A model generated the notes under the pieces. That model searched no databases and was not told the origin of the DNA. It saw only the letters and a list, made by a program, of their open reading frames with translations. Below, piece after piece: positions 56,116 through 64,000 of a DNA stretch of 64,000 nucleotides. The stretch is from an uncultured Acidobacteriota bacterium. GTDB lineage: Bacteria > Acidobacteriota > Blastocatellia > RBC074. A program made the position numbers and the translations under genes. The first letter of the stretch is position 1; each line of letters opens with the position of its first letter. Location of the stretch: contig CAWCKY010000006.1 of assembly GCA_963796275.1 (NCBI GenBank), positions 608,001-672,000 of the forward strand. The letters are read 5' to 3'.

Positions 56116-56958
56116 ATGTTGACAAGTCAGTCTAACGCGCGTGTCGGCGTTTACGTTGATGTTGCAAACATCAATCGAAATGGTGGCTATGGGATGGGGT
56201 ATGAGGTGCTTCGTGAATTTGCCTGCCGCGACAAAGGCGAGGCTCTGAGACTGAACGCCTATGTCAGTTATGATGCAGAGAAGGCCCGCCGCGAGGCCTA
56301 TTACAACCAACGAACGAACAGTTTCTACTCAGTCCTTCGCGATTTCGGCTATAAAGTAATTCAAAAAGAGGTCAAATGGTTTACCGACGAAGACGGGAAC
56401 CGTGTGGCCAAGGCCAACGCCGATCTCGACCTCGCCGTCGATGCTCTGCTGCAATCGGAAAATCTGGATCGCGTTCTGTTGGTCACGGGTGACGGGGATT
56501 TCGTCCAGGTCGTCCGCGCCTTGCAGAACAGAGGCTGCCGGGTGGAGGTCGTCGCATTCAGAAATGTGTCATGGGATCTGCGGCGTGAAGCCGACATGTT
56601 TATGTCGGGTTATCTGATCCCGAACCTGCTGCCGGTTGAGGAGAAGGCCGGTGAAGAGAACATCTGGGGTGAAGTCGAGCATCGCGTGCGCGGCATTTGT
56701 TATTATCACAAGAACGATTTCGGTTTCATGCGTTTCCTCAAGCGCATTGATCAGAATTTATGGATGACGGATGCGAAACATCCCGAGTCGCCTTATGGGA
56801 CAGCTTGGTTCCACGATTCCAGCCTCCCCAACGGTTTGGGAAGTACGATCGCGACGGACCTGCCAAGCCGCAAGTACATCTTCGAGTTCAAGCTGATGAG
56901 AGCTGAACACGAAAGAGGATTGAGAGCGGTCGATATTCAATTGTTGGTCGAGATGTAA
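56116..56958 (+). CDS. NYN/LabA (DUF88) domain protein with an OB-like C-terminus
   Basis: YVDVAN, KANADLDLAVD, TGDGDF, GCRVEV, LRREAD. Confidence 0.85.
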   Translation: MLTSQSNARVGVYVDVANINRNGGYGMGYEVLREFACRDKGEALRLNAYVSYDAEKARREAYYNQRTNSFYSVLRDFGYKVIQKEVKWFTDEDGNRVAKANADLDLAVDALLQSENLDRVLLVTGDGDFVQVVRALQNRGCRVEVVAFRNVSWDLRREADMFMSGYLIPNLLPVEEKAGEENIWGEVEHRVRGICYYHKNDFGFMRFLKRIDQNLWMTDAKHPESPYGTAWFHDSSLPNGLGSTIATDLPSRKYIFEFKLMRAEHERGLRAVDIQLLVEM

Positions 56959-56968
56959 GCGCGATTTC

Positions 56969-56997
56969 TTGACATCGATCACCCGAGCACCTACCAT
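56969..56997 (+). promoter_or_regulatory. putative sigma70 promoter of the asd-lysC-thrC operon
   Basis: TTGACA, 17 bp, TACCAT. Confidence 0.55.
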
Positions 56998-57054
56998 TCG
57001 CTTTTCGTCAAAAATCACGAGCAACAACATAAATGGGCTGAGGTTGAGCGCGTA

Positions 57055-58113
57055 ATGAAAAAGCAAGCGAAAAGACGTGTCGGCATTCTCGGCGCAACCG
57101 GAACGGTTGGTCAGAGGTTGATTCATATGATGCGCAATCACCCGTATTTCGAGGTGACTGCGCTCGCAGCTTCGGATCGTTCGGAAGGCAAGCGATTCAG
57201 TGAGATATGCAATTGGAAACTCCCTTTCGAGATGCCCGATGAAGTCAAGGGGATCAAGGTTTACGGATGCAAACCTCCGCTCGACTGCGACCTGGTGTTC
57301 GCCAGCCTGCCATCAGATATCGCGCTCGAGGCCGAAGCAGCGTTCGCCGCGGCCGGCGTTCCCGTGATCAGCAATTCCTCGGCGTTCAGGATGGCGGACG
57401 ATGTGCCGCTCATCGTACCGGAGATAAATCCCGATCATCTCGACATGATTCACCAGCAGAAGAAAAATCGCGGCTACACCGGTGGTTTCATGATCACCAA
57501 TCCCAACTGCACTACGATTGGCCTGGTGATGGCGCTCGCCCCTCTGCACAGGCGATTCGGACTGGAAGCCGTAATGATGACTTCGATGCAGGCGATCTCG
57601 GGCGCTGGTTACCCGGGAGTAGCATCGATGGATATTATTGACAATGTCATGCCATTCATCGGCGGCGAGGAAGAGAAGGTCGAGGTGGAGCCTCAGAAGA
57701 TTCTGGGTAAATTCAGCGGGATGAAGTTCGAGGCAGCGTCGTTTCAGGTGAGCGCGCAGTGCAACCGCGTTCCGGTGCAGGACGGGCATCTCGAATCTGT
57801 CCGCGTGAAGCTGGGCAGCCAGGCGTCCCTTGAAGAGGTCGCCGATGCGCTGTCATCCTTCAGCGGGCTGCCGCAAGAGCTAGGATTGCCTACCGCACCC
57901 GCGCGTCCGGTGATAGTCCGCGCGGAAAAGGATCGCCCACAACCACGACTTGATCGCGATGCCGAAAATGGCATGGCCACCGTCGTCGGCCGGATCATGA
58001 AGGACACCATCTTCGATTTCAAATTCACACTCATCAGCCACAACACGATTCGTGGCGCGGCCGGCGCGGCGCTACTCAACGCTGAGTTGCTGGTGGCAAA
58101 AGAGCTTATCTAA
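57055..58113 (+). CDS. asd: aspartate-semialdehyde dehydrogenase (archaeal/fungal-like subtype)
   Basis: LGATGTVGQR, NPNCT, QAISGAG, CNRVPVQDGH, HNTIRGAAG. Confidence 0.95.
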   Translation: MKKQAKRRVGILGATGTVGQRLIHMMRNHPYFEVTALAASDRSEGKRFSEICNWKLPFEMPDEVKGIKVYGCKPPLDCDLVFASLPSDIALEAEAAFAAAGVPVISNSSAFRMADDVPLIVPEINPDHLDMIHQQKKNRGYTGGFMITNPNCTTIGLVMALAPLHRRFGLEAVMMTSMQAISGAGYPGVASMDIIDNVMPFIGGEEEKVEVEPQKILGKFSGMKFEAASFQVSAQCNRVPVQDGHLESVRVKLGSQASLEEVADALSSFSGLPQELGLPTAPARPVIVRAEKDRPQPRLDRDAENGMATVVGRIMKDTIFDFKFTLISHNTIRGAAGAALLNAELLVAKELI

Positions 58114-58208
58114 TTGATAATGGATAATTGATAATTCGTATAGATTGCTGTCACAGCATATACGAATTGCCCATTATCAATTATCAATTGTCAATTATCC
58201 ATTATCAA
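58111..58208. repeat. inverted pair of 7-bp tandem repeats (ATTGATA/TATCAAT family)
   Basis: starts at the asd stop codon and ends at the lysC ATG. Confidence 0.85.
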
Positions 58209-59620
58209 TGTTGATCGTAATGAAATTCGGCGGCACTTCGGTAGGGGGTGTCGAGCGCATTGCGCAGGCCGCGGATCTGGCTGTCACCAACGCAAAGCAG
58301 GGGCATCGAGTGGTCGTCGTCACGTCGGCCATGAGCGGAGTGACTAACCAATTGATCTCGGCCGCCCAATCGGCCGCGCGGGGGAACTGGCAGCCGGTTG
58401 TGCGCGACAACTTTTTCGAGCGCCACAAGGCCGTCGCCGATCAACTTATGAAGGGCGATCATGCTCGCCGGAAGGCGGTACTGGATGTAGTTTCCAGCGG
58501 CCTCGATCAGTTTGAAAAATTATGCTTCGGACTCTCGATGGTTCACGAGCTGACTCCCCGCCTGCTCGATGTGATCTCAGGAACCGGCGAGCGCTTGTGT
58601 GCGCCGCTGCTGGCGGGAGCGATATCCCGGCTCGGAGTCGAATCTGAAGCAATCGAAGCGACGGAGCTCATCGTCACCAACGATCAGTTCGGCTCGGCCG
58701 AGCCGGTGATGGACAAAACGCGCGCGAAGAGCCGGGCGCGGTTGACCGAAATGATCGAACGCGGCGTAATTCCGGTAGTGACCGGATTCATCGGGGCCAC
58801 GGAAGACGGCGTGCTGACGACTCTCGGGCGCGGAGGATCGGATTATTCGGCTTCGATCATCGGCGCGGCGCTCGATGCCGATGAAATCTGGATCTGGACC
58901 GACGTGGATGGAGTGATGACGGCAAATCCTTCCGAGGTCCCCGAAGCGCGCACGATGCGCGAGATTTCCTATAGCGAAGCGTCGGAGCTCGCCTATTACG
59001 GTGCCAAGGTTCTGCATCACAAAACGATCCTCCCCGCCTATAAACAGAGCATACCCCTTCGCATTCTCAACAGCTTCAACCCGGAAGACCACGGCACCCG
59101 CGTCAGCGTGAAGGGGCGTCCGTCGTCGCGCGGTGTAAAGGCCGTGACATCAATCCGAAATGTCAGTTTGGTGACCATCAGCGGGAAGGGGATGCAGGGC
59201 ATTCCCGGTATCGCTGCGAAGGCTTTTGCCGCCGTCGCCGCCGAACGCGCGAATATTTTGATGATCTCTCAGGCTTCGTCCGAGAACAACCTCTGCTTCG
59301 TCGTGAATTCGTCGGAAGCGCGCCGGGTAGTTAAGGCGTTAAGATTTTCGTTAGAATTGGATATGCTGCAGGGGCATATAGAGGACATTTCATCCGACGA
59401 TTCGATATCGGTGGTCGCAGCAGTCGGTGACAGGATGCAGGGGACGCCGGGGATCGCAGGAAAAGTCTTCGGCGCGCTGGGCGCGGCGGGCGTCAACGTC
59501 ATTGCGATTTCGCAGGGGTCATCGGAACGGAATATTTCGCTGATCGTGGCGGCTGATGATGCCGCCGAGGCTGTGAGAGCGATACACCGCGCGTTTGAGC
59601 TGGATAAGCCGGCTCAGTGA
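58208..59620 (+). CDS. lysC: aspartate kinase (two ACT domains)
   Basis: KFGGTS, TLGRGGSD, WTDVDG, GAKVLH, SQGSSE. Confidence 0.92.
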   Translation: MLIVMKFGGTSVGGVERIAQAADLAVTNAKQGHRVVVVTSAMSGVTNQLISAAQSAARGNWQPVVRDNFFERHKAVADQLMKGDHARRKAVLDVVSSGLDQFEKLCFGLSMVHELTPRLLDVISGTGERLCAPLLAGAISRLGVESEAIEATELIVTNDQFGSAEPVMDKTRAKSRARLTEMIERGVIPVVTGFIGATEDGVLTTLGRGGSDYSASIIGAALDADEIWIWTDVDGVMTANPSEVPEARTMREISYSEASELAYYGAKVLHHKTILPAYKQSIPLRILNSFNPEDHGTRVSVKGRPSSRGVKAVTSIRNVSLVTISGKGMQGIPGIAAKAFAAVAAERANILMISQASSENNLCFVVNSSEARRVVKALRFSLELDMLQGHIEDISSDDSISVVAAVGDRMQGTPGIAGKVFGALGAAGVNVIAISQGSSERNISLIVAADDAAEAVRAIHRAFELDKPAQ

Positions 59621-59706
59621 AAATACCGCACTCCAAAGGCCCCGCCGATGAATCGAGCATGGGAATTACCTGTACTTATTGATTTTGCATTTTGCTTGCT
59701 TATTTT

Positions 59707-61032
59707 ATGCAGTCTCTTCGCTGTATCAATTGCCACAACGAATTCCCGACCTCCTCACGCATCTACACCTGCACCCAATGCGGGGGACTGCTCGATATCG
59801 TTTACGATGTGAGCCAGTTTCGTGGTGGGAAGTTAACCGGCCGCTGGGATAAACGCCGCGCATCGTCAAAGCAGATCGATCAGAGCGGCGTCTGGCGCTT
59901 CCGCGAATTGCTCCCCGAAGCTGATGAGTCGCAAATCGTCACGATGATCGAAGGGAACACCCAGCTATTTGCCGCGCCTCGTTCAGCCGCTTACGCGGGA
60001 ATCGATCGTCTGACATTCAAACATCTGGGAATGAATCCGACCGGATCATTCAAAGATCTGGGAATGACGACGGGAATTACACAGGCAGGACGAATGGGCG
60101 CGAGATCTGTTGCATGTGCGAGCACCGGGAATACTTCGGCCTCGATGGCGGCATACGCCGCGCGCGCCGGGATGAAAGCGTTTGTCTTCATCCCCTCCGG
60201 GCAGATATCCCTGGGAAAACTGTCGCAGGCGCTCGATTATGGTGCGGTGCTACTGCAGCTCGACGGCGATTTCGACGATGCCATGCGGCTGGTGCGCGAA
60301 GTGGCGAGCGACTCGTCCCTCTATCTGCTCAATTCGGTCAACCCATTCCGGCTGGAAGGACAGAAGACGATAGCGTTTGAGATGTTGCAACAACGAGGCT
60401 GGCAGGCGCCCGATCGCATAGTCGTGCCCGGCGGTAACCTGGGCAACTCCTCAGCGATCGCGAAAGGTCTTCGTGAGCTACTCGAGTGCGGTGTAATTGA
60501 AAAGATGCCGAAGATTACGATCGTTCAGGCCGAGGGCGCAAATCCTCTCTATCGATTGTGGTTGAAATATAGAGACGGTAACCCGGATTCTGAGTTGAAA
60601 ATGGAACCGGTCGCAGGAGCATTCACGCTGGCGACGGCAATCAAGATCGGCTCGCCCATCTCCTGGCCGAAAGCGATCCGCGCCCTGCGGTGGAGCGGTG
60701 GAGAGGTCGAACAGGTGAGCGAGGGAGAGATCGCTGATGCAAAAGCTGTGATCGGTCGCGAAGGCATTGGATGTGAGCCCGCTTCAGCGGTCACGCTGGC
60801 GGGAATCAGAAAGATGGTCCTTGCGGGCGATATCAAACAGGATGAAGATATCGTCGCCATACTCACGGGCCACGTGCTGAAAGACCCGGATTATACGGTG
60901 AGTTATCATAGCGGGAATCTGAGTTTTGTTGATGAGAGCGGAAGGAAAGTCGCAATTGAGGCTAATTATGCGAATGCTCTCGTGCGCTTGCCCCCCGACC
61001 GCGACGCGATCAATGAGGCGTTGAAGATCTAA
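59707..61032 (+). CDS. thrC: threonine synthase
   Basis: CxxC...CxxC, NPTGSFKD, ASTGNTSAS, EGQKT, PGGNLGN, TGHVLKDP. Confidence 0.95.
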   Translation: MQSLRCINCHNEFPTSSRIYTCTQCGGLLDIVYDVSQFRGGKLTGRWDKRRASSKQIDQSGVWRFRELLPEADESQIVTMIEGNTQLFAAPRSAAYAGIDRLTFKHLGMNPTGSFKDLGMTTGITQAGRMGARSVACASTGNTSASMAAYAARAGMKAFVFIPSGQISLGKLSQALDYGAVLLQLDGDFDDAMRLVREVASDSSLYLLNSVNPFRLEGQKTIAFEMLQQRGWQAPDRIVVPGGNLGNSSAIAKGLRELLECGVIEKMPKITIVQAEGANPLYRLWLKYRDGNPDSELKMEPVAGAFTLATAIKIGSPISWPKAIRALRWSGGEVEQVSEGEIADAKAVIGREGIGCEPASAVTLAGIRKMVLAGDIKQDEDIVAILTGHVLKDPDYTVSYHSGNLSFVDESGRKVAIEANYANALVRLPPDRDAINEALKI

Positions 61033-61050
61033 AATAGCAGAGGTTTTTTA

Positions 61051-62658
61051 ATGACGAACAATCACTGCGACGTGCTGATCATCGGCGGAGGACACAATGG
61101 TCTCGTCACTGCCGCTTACCTGGCGCGGGCCGGCCTGAAGGTCACCGTCCTCGAGCGCCGCCATCTACTCGGAGGCGCCTGCGTTACCGAAGAGGTCTGG
61201 CCCGGGTTTAAAGTCTCTACTCTCTCGTATCTTTGCTCGCTCTTGCAGCCCCGTATCATAGAAGACCTGGAACTCGCGCGTTTCGGGTATCACATCCTGC
61301 CCAAAGACCCGTCGTTCTTTACGGCCTTTCCCGACGGCCGCCACATATTCTTCTGGCAGGATATGAAGAAGACCGTGGCCGAGATCGGCAAGTTTTCCAG
61401 GCGAGACGCCGAACTATATCCGCGTTATGAAGAAGATCTCGCGCATCTGGCCGAATGGGTCGAATCGCTGCTTCTCGAAACTCCGCCCAACATAATAAAG
61501 CGAAGTCTTGGCGATCTGTTGTCTCTGGGGAAGCTCGGGATCAGAACTTTCAAGCTCGGCGATGAGGGGATCACCCGCCTGCTTAAGATTATGACGCAGA
61601 GCGCGCGTGAATTCCTCAACGAACGGTTTGAATCGGAGGAGATCAAGACGACGTTGGCCACCGATGGCGTGATCGGCGCAAATGGCGGGCCAGCGACGCC
61701 CGGTACGGCTTATATACTGTTACATCACGTTATGGGTGGAGCGGCGGGCCAACGCGGCCTCTGGGGATTCATCCGCGGCGGGATGGGTGCAATCAGCCAG
61801 GCGCTCGCGCTTTCGGCCGAATCGAGAGGCGCGACTATACGGGCGGATTCGGATGTCGCGCAGATACTGATTAAAGACGGAAAGGCGTATGGCGCAGTTC
61901 TCACCAGCGGCGAAGAATTTCGCGCGAAAGTCGTGGTCTCGAGCGCCGATCCCAAGCGGACCTATTTGAAAATGGTTGCGCGCGAGCATCTCGACCAAGA
62001 TTTCCGGCGGTCAATAGAAAACCTCCGCATCGAAGGTTGTTCATTCAAAATTAACCTCGCGCTCGATGCGCTGCCGGACTTCAAAGCCTATCCCAACAGA
62101 AGCGCGAATGAGGTCAACCTGCCTCACAAAACGACGATGCACGTCTGTCCGACGATGGATTATATCGACCGCGCCTGGGAGGATGCGAAACAGGGGCGAC
62201 CATCGGAACATCCTATGCTCGAATGTACCATACCGACCGCTTATGACAGCACGATAGCGCCTCCGGGGAAGCACATAATGTGTATCTTCGCGCAATATGC
62301 TCCATATACGCTTAAAGATGCTATCTGGGATGGGTCGTTGAAAGATCGATTCGCCGATCGCTGCATCGATGCGCTGGCAGAATATGCTCCGAACATGAAG
62401 GATATCATTCTGCATCGGCAGGTGATCTCACCGCTGGATCTGGAAGAGGAATACGGATTGACGGGCGGCAACATTTTTCACGGCGAGATGGACCCCGATC
62501 AATTGTTCTTCATGCGTCCGGTTGCCGGCTGGGCCCGATATCGCACTCCGGTTCGAAATCTATATCTTTGCGGCTCCGGGACGCATCCCGGTGGTGGTGT
62601 GATGGGCGCGCCGGGTTACAATGCGGCGCGCGAGATTTTGCGTGATCTGGGGAGATAA
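61051..62658 (+). CDS. FAD-dependent oxidoreductase, phytoene desaturase-like family
   Basis: IGGGHNGL, LGGACVTEE, GGNIFHG, CGSGTHPGGGV. Confidence 0.88.
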   Translation: MTNNHCDVLIIGGGHNGLVTAAYLARAGLKVTVLERRHLLGGACVTEEVWPGFKVSTLSYLCSLLQPRIIEDLELARFGYHILPKDPSFFTAFPDGRHIFFWQDMKKTVAEIGKFSRRDAELYPRYEEDLAHLAEWVESLLLETPPNIIKRSLGDLLSLGKLGIRTFKLGDEGITRLLKIMTQSAREFLNERFESEEIKTTLATDGVIGANGGPATPGTAYILLHHVMGGAAGQRGLWGFIRGGMGAISQALALSAESRGATIRADSDVAQILIKDGKAYGAVLTSGEEFRAKVVVSSADPKRTYLKMVAREHLDQDFRRSIENLRIEGCSFKINLALDALPDFKAYPNRSANEVNLPHKTTMHVCPTMDYIDRAWEDAKQGRPSEHPMLECTIPTAYDSTIAPPGKHIMCIFAQYAPYTLKDAIWDGSLKDRFADRCIDALAEYAPNMKDIILHRQVISPLDLEEEYGLTGGNIFHGEMDPDQLFFMRPVAGWARYRTPVRNLYLCGSGTHPGGGVMGAPGYNAAREILRDLGR

Positions 62659-62792
62659 TGTTTCTGGACAGCCCGATTCATCCGTCTTCACGGATGTCAA
62701 AATAGCTATGCAGAATAAGGACCATTACCTGGCTTGAACTTGGCTGAACTATCAAAATTTCACGAAGGAAGTGTAGGTAAACGAAAACATAG

Positions 62793-63119
62793 ATGAGAAC
62801 CGTTTTTCTTCTCACCTTATCCAATATTTTTATGACGATCGCCTGGTATGGGCACCTGAAGTACAAGGATGTAACCTTGTGGAAGGTAATTCTGATCAGC
62901 TGGCTGATTGCGCTGCCGGAATATTGCTTTCAGGTCCCGGCAAATCGTTCGGGTTCCTATCAATTTTCGGCGCCACAATTGAAAGTCATTCAGGAAGTAA
63001 TCACGCTGGTGGTCTTCTGTTTCTTTTCTGCGCTTTATTTGAAAGAAGGGTTGAAGTGGAATTATCTCGTCGGATTTGCACTGATACTCGGCGCAGTCTA
63101 CTTCGTATTTAAAGAGTGA
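62793..63119 (+). CDS. DMT family small membrane protein
   Basis: SNIFMTIAWYGHL, EYCFQVPANR, QLKVIQEVITL. Confidence 0.88.
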   Translation: MRTVFLLTLSNIFMTIAWYGHLKYKDVTLWKVILISWLIALPEYCFQVPANRSGSYQFSAPQLKVIQEVITLVVFCFFSALYLKEGLKWNYLVGFALILGAVYFVFKE

Positions 63120-63128
63120 GAAATCCTT

Positions 63129-63974
63129 ATGGACGCTACAACAATAGGTTTTGTTATTCTGGCGGTCATTATACTTTTAATCATCGCCCGCGGGGTTTAC
63201 CGATTGGTCCTCGGTCAGGCTATGACCGAGACGTTGATCGACCGCGATAATAAGGCCGCCGCAGTCGCGCTCAGCGGATTTTTGCTCGGCGTGATTCAGG
63301 TGATCATTCCAATTTTGAGCGCGCCGAGCCATACATTCTGGAGCGATGTCATAGGAGTTGCCGTATATGGCATCGGCGGGATCATTGCGATGACCATCGC
63401 CGGACTCGTCTTCGAGCAATACAGCCGCTTGACCGGGGCGCCTCTGCGAGATCAGATCGCGAAAGACAATCTGGCAGCCGGGATCATCGATGCGGCGATT
63501 CATTTCTCATCGGGGCTGATCGTCGCCGGCGCGCTGACCGGAGACAGCGGTACGTTAATGCCTACCATCGTTTTCTGGGCAGCAGGAGTTGCGGCGCTCA
63601 TCGTATTTACCCACATCTTTCGCCAGGTTACGGCTTACCACGATGCCGAACTTATTAAACAGGGCAATGTGGCGGCGGCCCTCGGATGCGCCGGATTGAT
63701 CGTGGCCATCGGGATGATGGTCGGTTATGCCGTCTCGGGAAATTTCACCGGCTATGGCGACAGCTTCCGCAGTTTCGGTTTTATGCTGCTCGTCGTACTG
63801 GTCCTCTATCCCGTACGCCAGATCATCGTGCAGATGCTGTTGCTCGGCGGCGGATTCAGTTTCCGCAACGGGCGGCTCGACCGGGAAATAGCGAACGACC
63901 AGAATGTCGGGGCGGGTTTGCTTGAAGCTATCGGTTATCTCGCGACCGCGTTAGTTGTGACGCGAATCTTCTGA
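63129..63974 (+). CDS. DUF350 domain membrane protein
   Basis: repeated (D/G)N.AA motifs (DNKAAA, DNLAAG, GNVAAA, QNVGAG) between TM helices. Confidence 0.8.
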   Translation: MDATTIGFVILAVIILLIIARGVYRLVLGQAMTETLIDRDNKAAAVALSGFLLGVIQVIIPILSAPSHTFWSDVIGVAVYGIGGIIAMTIAGLVFEQYSRLTGAPLRDQIAKDNLAAGIIDAAIHFSSGLIVAGALTGDSGTLMPTIVFWAAGVAALIVFTHIFRQVTAYHDAELIKQGNVAAALGCAGLIVAIGMMVGYAVSGNFTGYGDSFRSFGFMLLVVLVLYPVRQIIVQMLLLGGGFSFRNGRLDREIANDQNVGAGLLEAIGYLATALVVTRIF

Positions 63975-64000
63975 GAATGAGAAACACGCATATGAATAAG

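Overview
Chromosomal, mostly housekeeping 64-kb window. The gene style (VWA-related secreted protein, DUF1800, DUF6677-like, TonB/ECF genes) suggests a diderm bacterium, most likely Acidobacteriota/Blastocatellia; this is inference. Recognisable genes include cspA, cysS, aroK/aroA, hslUV, gap, tRNA-Gly(CCC), recO, ppdK, metB, kdsB, def, glnS/gltX, tsaD, mtnA and asd-lysC-thrC. No CRISPR array, rRNA or prophage was seen. The most interesting signals are: (1) an IS4/IS50-like element with Tn5-like 19-bp ends inserted exactly into the centre of a REP palindrome with a 10-bp target duplication, while two neighbouring REP copies carry the same 10-bp duplication with no element (apparent excision footprints), next to a diverged 244-bp triplication; (2) about a dozen intergenic hairpins built from 7-bp tandem repeats of unrelated sequence families, some supplying stop codons or invading CDSs; (3) an actinobacterial-like SEDS(RodA)-PP2C-Ser/Thr kinase-FhaA cluster with an SH3b-like sensor and no adjacent class B PBP; (4) a ChpT-like pseudo-histidine kinase between a single-domain receiver and a sigma54 activator; (5) a split tonB whose break is a prfB-like CTT-TGA +1 site, downstream of an ECF sigma/anti-sigma pair with sigmaE-like promoters. 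Domain names come from motif recognition, not database searches.
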